DNA of 61,958 bases, filler included, from Podarcis melisellensis (taxonomy: Eukaryota): assembly GCA_964234715.1 (NCBI GenBank). It is 5 parts of 5 records of this genome, joined end to end, with 100 filler letters (N's around TTAATTAATTAA, not from the genome) between each part and the next. Parts side by side here need not be neighbours in the genome. Positions count along the whole stretch, not along the records: positions 1 to 19,997 come from OZ174284.1; positions 20,098 to 27,986 come from OZ174280.1; 3 more parts are not named here. One strand, given 5' to 3'. Shown one piece after another: positions 13,587 to 25,774 of the stretch. Position numbers and translations under genes: made by a program. Every line of letters begins with the position of its first letter. The stretch's first letter is position 1. Below the pieces are notes generated by a model. The model saw only the letters and a program-made list of their open reading frames with translations, was not told the DNA's origin and searched no databases.

Positions 13587-14369
13587 TATATATGGGAATT
13601 ACAAGTGAACAGTATAAAACAGGGCTAAAAGTTAGAGGTGGGCATTAATTTGTTTAACGGGTAACAATTAGGAGAGGGATGAGCTTCACCCCTCTTCCCC
13701 CTTCCATCTGTCTCTCCCCTTTCATTAAACCAGGGGACATTGGTTTACTCCCGAAATAATTTGTGATGCAAGCAACAGTTAGAATGGCCAAGCACTCTTG
13801 AACTAGACAGAAGGAATGAGAAAACAGGGAACTAAAGAAAGATGATAAGCCACATTGTAAGGTATGTTCCAACCTCCTCCCTGGATCTTTTGAATTTTAT
13901 TCTCCATTTCTGTTAGTTACATGGCCACTGGCTTCTACCAGGCTTGTGCATGCACCTTGACATGTTCACAAAAATGTCTACAATACAGAATTTCAGAGGT
14001 GGGAAAGGTCCTTACATTCAAAATACCAGGGTGACACACAGTTTCTGGAGAAGGTCTTATTGAACAGGATGGAGAGAATGTAATTTATTACACAGTACCC
14101 GGCTACAAAGTATCATAGACATAGAATAGACTTGAACAATTTACCACAAAAATCACAAAAAGGTAAAGAATATCTCTCTTATGCAAAATATACATTTTTA
14201 GGATCTATTTTATATTTTATATTTACTGATGTTGTTTCTGTGATACTTTCAATAAAAAACCTATAATATTTTTACTGCCAGTATTTTATTTCTCTCAATA
14301 CCTAAAGTCTGAGGTAACAATGAACTAAAAAAACACACACGCTTCTATAGAACTCTAGACAAAGACTGT

Positions 14370-14409
<40 letters not shown>

Positions 14410-14959
14410 CTCTATTTTTACTGTTTATGTCTGCAGTCACATATTTCTTATCCATTTCAAAAGTAAACCAAAACGTTGGCATGTTCACTAGTATTCATAA
14501 AAATATAGATATGGTGAACCGAGAGCATAAAGACTTGTAGCAAAATCCCATGCCAGTAACGTTCATGAGTTACAAACTTTGCAAAAATACAGTTGTTATG
14601 AGGAAACCTATGACAGACAGCGTTTACATCACTATTGTTAAACATGTGTGCCTCTGTATGATCCACAGCATAACCTACTGTAGGGACCAGGAAGAATACA
14701 CAAAGAGGTGTGTCGGCCTTTTTTTTTTCCCCCCGTGGAGTCTCAGAGATGATGTCTTTGAATTCAGCATCTCTTCGCATAGATGACTAAAGCTGATATT
14801 CCATGCACACACAACCTATGTACAGCTGATTCATCAATAGTGACTAATAATTGTGTCTGCTGGCGGCAGCAGCAGCAGTTGGAATTGGTCCTTAATCCCC
14901 ATAACAAGCTCCACTTCCATAGGAAATTGGAAGGATCTCTTCAAGGCGGCAGGTGATTA

Positions 14960-15069
14960 TCAGGACCCATTCAGGAGGAGCAGTCTCTTTCCAGTACAGT
15001 CCTTGGTATGGCTAAATTCCATTGTCCCTTTTTCAGCAGTCAAAAATCCATGATAAATTCTGTATAACA
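14960..15069 (-). CDS. KCNC2: Kv3.2 alternative terminal exon (VLYRIYHGF type)
   Basis: CAG acceptor at 15072-15070, phase 1. Translates (V)LYRIYHGFLTAEKGTMEFSHTKDCTGKRLLLLNGS*, resembling the mammalian Kv3.2 VLYRIYHG... C-terminal splice variant as I recall it. Confidence 0.85.
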
Positions 15070-16155
15070 CTGTAGCCAATAACAGCAGCACCAGATATTA
15101 ATTCCTTTGCTAGAAGCTGTTTGCATATTAAGTATATACATTACATTAATCTATATCTGCCAGCGCTCTTTACCAAAACTAAATCAATGTACATCTCTAT
15201 GTATCAGAAAGGTAAGTACTGATAAATACATTCTTGTACAAGAAATTTTCACATGCAGTTCATGCTAGGCTATATACAGAATAATATGTTACATGGTCAA
15301 ATAGACTTCTTTTCCTAACAAAAATAAACATACAAAAATCAGGGATTTTTCAACAATCTCAAGGATTTATTATGACACTGTTTGATTTTCTTTCTCCCCA
15401 CCCCCCTTATATTTCTAAGGCTTTTACGTTGCTGGGTGTTTTCCTCACCAGCCCAAAACGTCGTAGTTGCGACTGCATTCATGATGCTGCATAAACAAGG
15501 CTGTCTTGTTTTATTGTAAAGAAAAAGCTGATGTAGGGGATAAAGTCTCAACACAAGAATGAATGCAGATTGCTAAGGGTGTGGGATTGAAGCAGGAGCC
15601 CTATTGAAATGGTAGAACCGTTGCTAAATCCCACACTCGGGGGAAATGTCAAAGTAGTGCTCACTAAAAGGATATCAGCTTACACTTGAGATATGCATAG
15701 ATACATATATCAAAAAGTGGGGGGAAGAAGGAAATGCATTTAGCAGCTAATCTTATATGAAGGGAGCATTTTTGAAAAAGGCAACTGTGCTTTATGGAGA
15801 CAGATGAAAAATACAGTCAGACAGTCAGCCAGACAGACAAACAGAAACAACATATAAGACAAAGCATCTTTAAAAAAATATATGACGGAAAGAAAATTGT
15901 GAAAGCTTGGGAGTTAGAGGTTTAAGGCTGGTCAAAAAACCCTTTTGAAAACTATTGCCCTCCTAATACCTATAGCAAAAAAAAAATTAAAACTCCAGTA
16001 TACTTCTTGCTTTTACATGGCACTCAGCCTCTGAAAATGTTGAAGAACCCTGCAGAAGAGAAATCACTATAGGGCCAAGCAGAACTTGCTATCTTAAAAT
16101 TGCAAGCCTGGATGGTGTTTACCTTTCTTTCATGTTTTGTGCCTTCCCCAAGCCA

Positions 16156-16217
16156 TTAAGAAAGAGATCTGGCTTCTGCTTGCGTGTAACCAGTAATGAC
16201 AACCTCTTTGCAGTTAT
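16156..16217 (-). CDS. KCNC2: Kv3.2a terminal exon
   Basis: CAG acceptor at 16220-16218, phase 1. Translates (D)NCKEVVITGYTQAEARSLS*, matching the Kv3.2a tail DNCKEVVITGYTQAEARSLT. Confidence 0.93.
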
Positions 16218-16953
16218 CTGTGTGCAAACAACCGAAAACATTCAGAACTCTGATACATCAGTCCAGTACCAAAATTAATCAATCAAGAAATAGATATTAT
16301 TGGGGGGGGGAAGTTATAAATAAATAAAAAGAACTAAAAAGCAGCACAATAAAAACAGCCCAATCCCACATGCGGACCTGTTGGTCGTGGATATTTTTTT
16401 TTTCCTGATTTCAGCAAGATGGTACAATGAATAAAACAACAAACCCACACAATCCAGAGCCATCTGTGGTCTTGGTTAGTCTGCAAGACGGATTTCAAGT
16501 GATGGAGACAGTATGGTCCATGCAAATGATCAGACTGAAGTCACATTCTATGCAATCAAGACAAGATTCCAGACATCTTCGAGATGGGTTAGAGTTGCAA
16601 GAAATGGTCCAATGGAATGGTTATCAATTGGAAGCACATTGGTTTTACTGGATCTCCCTGAAAATATGCTTATTTATTTGTACTGGCCAGTGAAGTCCAC
16701 TAACTGTCCTTTTATTGCTGTGGTAAGATAGGACAAAATCAGGTGCAAGGTGAGGGGGGAATCTACTTTAGAGGATCTTATAAGCAAAATTGGGGTCTTC
16801 AGCTACCCAAGTGGCATTGCTTGCTGCTGACAGTTATATCGCACAAGATTTATACTTGTATTAGTGGAAACCACAGCTAATGCTACACTTATTTCCGTTA
16901 GGTGATAAACAGCACTTCAGTTAAAGCTATGTAGCCAGCTGATGCCATCTGGT

Positions 16954-17124
<171 letters not shown>

Positions 17125-18500
17125 TCAGCCAGAAAGTAGACAAACAATACAATGCAATGCAATGTAATCATTCTTGCTCATTGGGTTCTAAGAGAGTAGG
17201 ATGCTAAGACTGTTTACAACAACAGAGAAAAACATAAAATGGTGCTATTCTTACTAATGACATTAAATGAATTCAGACCAACTACATACTTAATTTTGTT
17301 AAGGCCAATGAGCTGGGGGTGTCTACTTAGTGCAAGCCCAGTGGTTTCAGTAGAACTGCAATGATAGCATATAGAGAATGTTGTACTACAATTCAGGGTG
17401 ATAAGCAAAACAGATGAAGAAAGCATTTGATATATACAGGTATATAGATAGATATATATATATTTGGTGTCAATGCCAGTTCTTCATATTTTAAACCACA
17501 ATCATTTCTTACCTAATTTTATGAAGTTATTTTGCAATCATAAATGCAGAGGAATAAATTATGTATTGTTAAAAAAGCTCCATCTCCAGAAGTGCTTTGA
17601 TTTAGCATCTGACGCTCTATCTAATACTATTTAAAGTGTGTCTTGTTTGCAATATTTAACTGATTTGCAATTCATTAAAATGTGTTATTTATATGTAGGT
17701 TTTTAGTGATCTGTGCAGTACATACTATTTTCAATCCAACTGATATTATAGGAACAAAGCATGACTTCTTTTAAGCCTAAAATAACTAGAATTTACATAT
17801 TATAGAACAACATTCACCACTAGCGTAGAATTCTGCACCCCTAGACATTTTCATTTCACAGATACTGTACTGTGAAAGTGTCTACTTTTAAAAACAAGAT
17901 ATGGGTGCTTTATTTAAGCAACAGAGCAGCATTACTATTTAATGTCACAGAGTGTTGGGCATGGAAAGAGGACCTCGGTTCTTACAGCACACTGAAAAAC
18001 CAAAACTGTGTATTGGCCTTAATCTAAACATGTTTACCTGAGAGTAAAATCCCATTTATCTTCATGGGGCTTCCCCATACACACAGACAGAAAAGAGATA
18101 GAAGCACATCTTGTTTAGGCTAGTGGTTCTCAAACGGGGGAGCCAACCCCATGTGGAAAGACACCCACAATTTAAGCACACAATTGCTGCAACTACTACC
18201 AGTGTTTCCCAAAACAAATACAAGAAAGATGACTGATAAAGCTATATTTTTAAAAAACCCATGTATACACAGCTGGTAGGCCGGATTGGACTGAAACTCA
18301 ATAATGCATGTATGCAGTTGTTCCATAGCTTGCCATGGGAAACAATTATTTAACACTGGCCTGCCTGCAGCAATATTGTGTTGGGTAAGTGGGTTCACCT
18401 TTAGCCTATTAACCTATGGCATCAAAGCCTCACATTTCAATGTCAATGTTTTCCAAAATACTAAGTGTATTGCACATTAGGGCTCTGGCGTTTAGAACTA

Positions 18501-18742
18501 CAGTGGTACCTTGGTTCTCAAACTTAATCCATTCCGGGAGTCCATCCGACTCCCAAAACCTTTCAAAACCTAAGGCACGGCTTCCAATTGGCTGCAGGAG
18601 TTTCCTGCACTCAAGCGGAAGCTGCGTCAGAAGTTTGACTTCCGAAAAACGTTTGCAAACCGGAACACTTACTTCCATGTTTGTGGTGTCCAGGAGCCTA
18701 TTTGTTCAGGAGCCAAACCAATCGAGTACCAAGATACCACTG
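18501..18742. mobile_element. Mariner/Tigger-like MITE in a KCNC2 intron
   Basis: TIRs CAGTGGTACCTTGG / CCAAGATACCACTG with TA flanks. Confidence 0.85.
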
Positions 18743-19171
18743 TACAATACATTCTTAACTGAACCATCCTTCTAAAATATTACTAAATTAAACTAATGAG
18801 TCCTTAACTGGAATTTAAGATATCCCAAAGCAATTTCTAAAGAACTGTTATGAAAGTGATTTCATGAACATGACCTAAATTACATTTATCTATGCACAGG
18901 ACAGACAAATGAAACCATGAATGATACACCTATCAGAAACAATGCAGACATATCTTTGGATGGATTGATGAGCCAAGACCGTTATTTAAGAGGAAGCAAG
19001 AAAAGGACAACTGAAGAAGAAGTAGTAGAAGAAGAAGAAGAAGAAGAAATGCATTAGTCTGAATACAATGTTTCCTCTATAGCATTTGTTCGCATCTCCT
19101 TCATTCCAGGTTTGTTTACTCAGAAGAACAGTGCTGGATGAACTTTTATAGTCTAATGAAAGAGTCCATAC

Positions 19172-19339
19172 CTTTCCTGATCCCTCCATCAGTAGCACAC
19201 GCGTAATCACCTGCTGTCAGTAGGAAACATGTTCCCCCTCTTCTGTTTTTGTCTCTGGTACTAGAGCGTCTGATTGGTGGGAGCCTTTCCACAGGTGACA
19301 GTGGCTGCTCACTTTCTGTACTGTCTTCACCTGATAACA
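19172..19339 (-). CDS. KCNC2: Kv3.2 shared C-terminal exon (168 bp, phase 1-1)
   Basis: CAG acceptor and GTATG donor. Translates (V)[55 protein letters not shown]. Confidence 0.96.
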
Positions 19340-19997
19340 CTGGTTAAAGCACCATGCCCATTTACATAATATAGCCAGAGAGGAAACGAAACATCACAAA
19401 CAACTTGCCTGACAGCCTGTTACTTAAGTTAATATTTATTTATTTATTTATTTATTTATAAAAAACTACTAGTTCTTGAATTGGGTATGGGAAGAGATGG
19501 CCCTTCATGGTCATTCGTTAATATAGAAATAGAACAAAGTTGCACATCTGTATTATTTGGTTAAGGAAAAAAATATTTTGATGTTGATTTTTGGCTTTTT
19601 AAATGGTTGCCATCTTCAATATTATACTCATTGCTTCAGTACTTAAAAACAAGTCAGATTTTGCTGCCAAATAATAATAGTAAGTACTAAATCTTGAAAT
19701 ACAGATGGCACACTCATATCCACTACTAAAATAAATTCACATATAACCATAGAATAGCTTATTCAGGTCTACTGTTAACTAATATATTGGGCGCTTACTC
19801 AAGAGTAAGAGACCGTGCTTGAGTCGTGCCTTCACATCAGGCAAGCCCAACTTGAACGCAGGTGACAAACCATGTCCTATGGCCTGCTAAAAGCTTGATG
19901 AACCCCTTTTCTTCTGTCTTCCTAGGACTGTTTTGCAAACCATAGTACACAGCTTGCTGGGTCACAAGTCATGCAGGTCTGCTGAACATTATTATAT

Positions 19998-20097
19998 NNN
20001 NNNNNNNNNNNNNNNNNNNNNNNNNNNNNNNNNNNNNNNNNTTAATTAATTAANNNNNNNNNNNNNNNNNNNNNNNNNNNNNNNNNNNNNNNNNNNN
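19998..20097. other. Artificial contig spacer (44 N + TTAATTAATTAA + 44 N)
   Basis: Six-frame stop linker, identical at four places in the window. Confidence 0.98.
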
Positions 20098-20403
20098 CTT
20101 TTCCCCAAGGATCTCAAAGTGGTGTAAATAGTTCTCTGCCTTCCCATTTTATAAAGACTCTCCTCCCTGCAGGAGAGGGGAGTGGTTGTGGGCGGGAGCC
20201 TGAGCTTCGCCCCTAGCAGGGGGCGTTAGCCCCCTGCCTTCACCTCACCTGGCTGGCGCCCACGCCCCTCAGCAGGCATCCAACCAGGTGCCTGAGGGGG
20301 GGCGTGTTCAGCAGCCTTTTGCTGCGGCGACAGCCTTCGCCCGGCCTCATTCTTCACGTGTCCTTGTGTATTCTTTCCACATTGCGGGGGTCGGGTCCTC
20401 GAA

Positions 20404-20547
20404 CCACAACAACCCTGTGAGGTACATTAGGTTGAGAGTGAGTGAATAGCCTATGGTCACCCAGTGAGCTTCATGGCAGAGTGGGAATTTAAACCCAGGT
20501 TTCCTAGGTCCTAGTCTGACACCCTCGCCGCTACACCACACTGGTCC
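20404..20547 (-). mobile_element. Old tRNA-derived CORE-type SINE, apparently interrupted by a GC-rich insert
   Basis: Minus strand reads CCAGTGTGGTGTAGCGG (box A) ... CCTGGGTTTAAATTCCCAC (box B) ... GGGTGACC. Its probable 3' part lies at about 20098-20151. Confidence 0.55.
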
Positions 20548-21007
20548 TCTTAAACTGACAAAATGGTTTCTCCTTCATAGAGTGGTATACAATGCAGAAA
20601 AACTCTGAGCCCTTTTTTCAATGTATGACTCCTTTTCCTATACATGTGCATGCCATTTCTTGTTTGCTGTTCTCTGTATCTTATGTATGCTTTCACTGAA
20701 TACTTAAATTGACTGAACCTTCCACCTGTAGCTAAAAATTTTACACACACATACAGTGTTTTTTTCTATAAAAAATGTTGAGGAAGTACTCTCATTTTGA
20801 CTCAAGAAAATCACCATTTTATAGTTCAAATCGGGAAAAGTAAATACAGTAAATGGACAAAAGTACAAAGAGTCACAAAATGTTTAGGGTATGCATCCCC
20901 CTGCATCCTCCCAGAAAAAAAATCACTGTATATATATATATATATATATATATGCAGGTTTTGGTGTCCTCGGGTGTCTTCCCGTGTAAAAGTTGGGGTG
21001 TCTAGGC

Positions 21008-21043
21008 GACGTTTCGACGAGGTCTCACTCGTCATCTTCAGGC
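21008..21043 (-). ncRNA. Putative minimal hammerhead ribozyme (PLE pseudo-LTR, copy 1)
   Basis: Exact reverse complement of the motif at 22283-22318. Confidence 0.6.
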
Positions 21044-22282
21044 TGGTGCTTTCGGCTTCTTGTTACTGGAACAGAGCAGGATCTCAGTGTTTGAGTTCCT
21101 ATAAATACTGTTGAGGGGGTGTGGTGTATAGCCTCCAATGTTCTGGGCAGAGAGGAAGTTCCCAGGCTAGTGTGCCTTTTCTTCTTTTGTTCCTTAATTA
21201 CTTGAGGGATATCTTGAGTGATTTCTTGAGTGATATCCTGAGTACCACTTAGGTGGGTCATTAGGTGTGGATTAGTTGCTAAAGTCTTTGTGTCTTGACC
21301 TCTTGAACTTTGTGAAGAGTTTTTCTGAGAAGATGGCTGTACTGCACTTAGTTGTGCTCTGGCTTGGCTTCGTGTATAGGGGCGAGCTGTGGTTTTGTGG
21401 CCTGTGTCAGCCAGATCTGTGTAGGGATTGCAGGGGGTGCAGCATCCGGAGGTGCCACCATGGTTTGGCTACTGGATGGTGTCTGTAATTTATCTGTGGA
21501 GAGGGTCTGGGTTTGGGTCTGGTGTGGTTGATTGGTGATGGCGTTCTGTGTGCCTCTGGATCTGGTGTCAGTTTTTGTGGGGAGGGCTAATTTCCAGATG
21601 TCTGGCAAGCGGGATGTGTCGTCACGCTTGTTCATGTTGTGAGGGTGTTTCTCTATCTCGATGGCTTCCATGATTATTCTCTTGTGGTGATGTTCCATGT
21701 TAAAGAGCAATTTGGAATCTGCAAAATTAATTTCGTGTCCTGTTTCTTTCATGTGTTGGAAAAGAGAGGAAGTTTTTTCTTCTTTTTTGACGGCGTTCTT
21801 GTGTTCTGCGATACGTGCATTTATTCGTCTGTTTGTTTGTCCAAACCATCCAGTAGCCAAACCATGGTGGCACCTCCGGATGCTGCACCCCCCTGCAATC
21901 CCTACACAGATCTGGCTGACACAGGCCACAAAACCACAGCTCGCCCCTATACACGAAGCCAAGCCAGAGCACAACTAAGTGCAGTACAGCCATCTTCTCA
22001 GAAAAACTCTTCACAAAGTTCAAGAGGTCAAGACACAAAGACTTTAGCAACTAATCCACACCTAATGACCCACCTAAGTGGTACTCAGGATATCACTCAA
22101 GAAATCGCTCAAGATATCCCTCAAGTAATTAAGGAACAAAAGAAGAAAAGGCACACTAGCCTGGGAACTTCCTCTCTGCCCAGAACATTGGAGGCTATAC
22201 ACCACACCCCCTCAACAGTATTTATAGGAACTCAAACACTGAGATCCTGCTCTGTTCCAGTAACAAGAAGCCGAAAGCACCA

Positions 22283-22320
22283 GCCTGAAGATGACGAGTG
22301 AGACCTCGTCGAAACGTCGC
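22283..22320 (+). ncRNA. Putative minimal hammerhead ribozyme (PLE pseudo-LTR, copy 2)
   Basis: CUGAAGA (22285-22291), one extra U, stem II GACGAG/CUCGUC with loop UGAGAC, GAAA, palindromic ACGU, and a GUC cleavage triplet ending at 22318. Stem I is weak (2 bp). Confidence 0.6.
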
Positions 22321-22369
22321 CTAGACACCCCAACTTTTACACGGGAAGACACCCGAGGACACCAAAACC

Positions 22370-22405
<36 letters not shown>

Positions 22406-22785
22406 TTTCTTTAACAAAATTTATATACGACTTGACTGTAATAAAACCTTGAAGTGGTCTACAAAATAAAACACTGAAATTATCAATAAAAGGCAGTTAA
22501 AGAAAGATGATTCGACAACAACAAATTTCATTTCAAAAACAAATGAAAATCAACAATAAGCTAAAAACAGACTAAAACACATGTGACAGGTTGGATAAGT
22601 AATCTTAAACACTACAATTAAGAAGAAAAGGGATATTCATTGTTTTCTATTGTAAATTATCATTAGCACTCATTATATATATATTGAAAGTTTACTGCAC
22701 TGCATACATTTTGGTATGTGATTGTTTTCTTCCAATTTATAATGTTTGTCTCTATTGTCTTTTTCCACTTTGTTTCTTGTAACAG

Positions 22786-23079
22786 AAGTCATGTATTTCC
22801 CTTCAAAAATCCTGGCAAGTGTTGGAACAAATGTTTCCTTTTATTGTATTTACAAAACCAAAGATAAAGTAATCTCATCGGAGAAGATAGTCTGGTGGTT
22901 AAATTTAGCAAAAGAAATCCCTAGGCATCAGTACACACTTGTGAATGACTACATTGGCAAAGTAACACTTGTCAACTTAAATGCTATGAAGCCTGGAGGG
23001 AATTTCCTCTTTAATGCCTTATACTGTTGTAATGAAAACAAGGAATGTAATCACCGTTATGCTGAATTATATATAATAG
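22786..23079 (+). CDS. LEPR: Leptin receptor Ig-like domain exon (294 bp)
   Basis: CAG acceptor and GTAAG donor. Translates (E)VMYFPSKILASVGTNVSFYCIYK...IVWWLNLAKEIP...NALYCCNENKECNHRYAELYII, matching LEPR [21 protein letters not shown]...CHHRYAELYVI. Confidence 0.95.
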
Positions 23080-23165
23080 GTAAGATCCCTGCTTATTTTT
23101 AAATTATTGTTGGTAAATCCATTTTTTCTTAGATTTTCTGTTGATTAAGTTTGTCTTTTAAATAG

Positions 23166-23283
23166 ATGTTAATATCAGCATCACATGTGAAACATATGGC
23201 AACTTGCAAAAAATGACTTGCAGATGGTCCACCAACACAGACCCACTGCTTTCGGAGAGCACTTTGCTGTTGAGATACTACAG
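23166..23283 (+). CDS. LEPR: Leptin receptor exon at the start of CRH2 (118 bp)
   Basis: Follows an 86-bp GT-AG intron. Translates (D)[38 protein letters not shown](R); absent from the ORF track. Confidence 0.94.
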
Positions 23284-23914
23284 GTACATGTTCATTTTAA
23301 TCTGATGTTTTGTGAAAAGGTGCCACATTGGAAATGGTGGGGGATAAAAGCAGGAAGCAAATAAATGTAGTTGAGCCTAGGACAGTCAAGCATCAGGTCT
23401 GAGGCCCACTTTTGCTAGATCAAAGAGGAAATCCTGAGATAGAAAGTCTTATAATCAGGAAGATTAGTTTGGGAATTATTTTTTTTATACGTCTTTCCCC
23501 TGTTTCCAGTCTGCTGTGATCTTAATGGCAATGTTTAGGCTAAATGTTTATCTCATATACTGAGGTCCCAGGTTTGAGATTCACTAATAGGGTTGCCATA
23601 TTTCAAAAAGTAAAAACCAGGACACCCCAAAAGTTGTTGAGCTTTTTTTTAGGAATTGACCAGTAATATCATAGAAAATCTAGATGTATGGCACTAGAGA
23701 CTTCATTCCTGATAGTGCTGAGCACGCTTACTCATTGTGAATATATTATTGGCTCTATCACATCAGACTTTGCTTAGAGGAGGGGACTAAATCCAAGCAT
23801 TCCCATCTCCATTATCACTTGCATCAAGTGATCAGCTCTCTGATAGGACATTGCTGACTCTGTGTTCAGAGGTCAGTAAAAGGATTTAATCCAGCTAAAA
23901 TTATTGCTAAGTCC

Positions 23915-24104
23915 CAGTGGTGTAGCGTGGGTTGTCAGCACCCGGGGCAAGGCAAGTAATTTGTACCCCCTAACCCGTGGATTTGCGCCCCCTAACCCTT
24001 GGATTTGCACCCCCTAATCAGTGGATTTGCGCCCCCTAACCCTAACCCCCAGATGTTGCGCCCGGTGCGGCCGGCCCCCCTGCACCCCCCACGCTACGCC
24101 ACTG
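23915..24104. mobile_element. hAT-type MITE with internal 22-bp CCCTAA-containing tandem repeats
   Basis: 17-bp TIR CAGTGG(T/C)GTAGCGTGGG; 8-bp TSD CTAAGTCC (23907-23914 and 24105-24112). Confidence 0.9.
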
Positions 24105-25774
24105 CTAAGTCCTATTAAAATGAGACGTAAATTAGTTGCTACTCACTCCTTCCATTGCTTATAGTAGGACTTAAGCCATTGTCTTCTGAAAAGTGAGTAA
24201 CTGACAATTTTCATTGTCAAGATTGCGTCAGCTAGACTCCTGAAAATGTCTGACAGAAGGTCTTGAATAATAGAAGCCTTAGAAGCTAAAGTGGTTACTG
24301 ATATTGTTTTGGGGATCAGTTCAAAACAGATGGTGTCCAGTTTAAAAATCTAAAATGACCAGTGTTGAAGGAACACTTCCACCCATATACTCCCTATTGT
24401 GCCTTGAGGGGGCCTGGTTTATTATCTCCTTTTTTCAGGAAGCACAGTTACTGTATAAGTAACAAGTTGTTGGGCTTTCTCTAAGTAGCGTGTCACCTCT
24501 GGAATTCTCTACAGGAGATGTGTAAGTAGTTGTCTCTAAGTCATAGTTCTAGTGTTCTGTCAAATCTGGGCCACTGTTTTTATCTCATGCATCAATTTCA
24601 CCAATGAGAACAACTTTAAACTATGCTTAGTTCAAACAAGCTAGAATCAAGCCATGGTGTATCATTCTGGCTTCTTCACTAACCATTGTATCAACTAACA
24701 ACAGTCATCCAAGTCCAGACATAACATGGAGCTGTGGTTAGTTTAAGACAGATCTCACAGCCATGGCAGGATAGAAGGGGAGTAGAGCATATCTCTCTGG
24801 TAGCAATTAGGCTGGTGTAGACAATACTGAACTAGTTGCACCAATGGTACAATTTAGTATAAAGCAGCTTCATATGTTCCTATGTGCCTAAGATTAATCC
24901 ATGCATGTTTAGGTAATGTGAAGCCATGCCAGAATTATGTCTGAACTGGCCCATAGTTTCTAAATCACCATAATCTTGTATCACTGCAACACTGCACATA
25001 GTTCAGATAGAGACAATGTGTAGCAAAAAAGCAAATCCCTTGATCTTTACACTGATTGAAATTTTGCAGGTGAAATTCTGCAATGCTTTTCCAACCGGAG
25101 GTCAGTCATGAGTTGATGTTTATTCTTCCCTTGATGCTGGTAGTTGAAATATACTTTTCATAAAAAAAATAAAAAAATCCTGTGCTAAATCTTCAGAGAG
25201 AATTGTACTGATTTAATCTGCATTTGTTTGTCTGACATTAAGAGGGAAAATACAGCTAAATATGCCACTGAGGGGCCAATTAAATAAGCAATTTCCTTTC
25301 TGGCTGCCTGCTTGAAAGGTTTATGTGCCACAGGTATGTCTGGCCATTCTAATAATATAGAATATACTTTCAGTACTTTAAAAAAACAACAACCAATCAG
25401 CCAATTTAAGACTCACCCATATATAGTGCTTCTGTCAAAGCAACTCCCTAGTTCCATTCCTCCGGGTTGAATACAATAACCACCATGCATATTTCTCCTT
25501 TTACTAACCACAGTGCTACTTATGCCTGTGTATACTTGGTTGGTAGTGTGTTAAAGGTTAAGAACCGGTGGCCCAGCTCACACATCACATTAAACCATAG
25601 TTTGTTTTTAACTATGGTTTAATGTGAATGAGCACCAGGATAGTACACTTGGTCAGACGGTCTCACTGCACTCCTCCCTCCTGCTGCTCCAGGAAACAAG
25701 CCAGAGTGCAGCTTATAATGAGAACTGAACCTGGGCTCATGGTTTGTTTCACCCAAGAAGAAATTTTGTTTATG

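Larger units (their letters stand above)
20953..22373 (-). mobile_element. 5'-truncated Penelope-like element with an inverted pseudo-LTR, inserted in (TA)n
   Basis: GIY-YIG endonuclease C-terminal part on the minus strand at about 21580-21843 (GQTNRRINARIAEHK...HMKETGH...EAIEIEKHPHNMNKRDD). Inverted arms at 20953-21480 and 21845-22373. (TA)n flanks at 20929-20952 and 22374-22402. Confidence 0.92.

Noticed and set aside
19146-19171. KCNC2 intron read-through tail GMDSFIRL*
   Set aside because: It is simply the translation past a canonical donor and has no independent support.
20042-20053. TTAATTAATTAA as a biological motif
   Set aside because: It is a synthetic linker embedded in N runs.
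21348-22301. Long overlapping 208-aa and 220-aa ORFs as novel genes
   Set aside because: They are chimeric read-throughs created by the PLE inversion. Only the GIY-YIG fragment and the pseudo-LTR tail are genuine element coding sequence.
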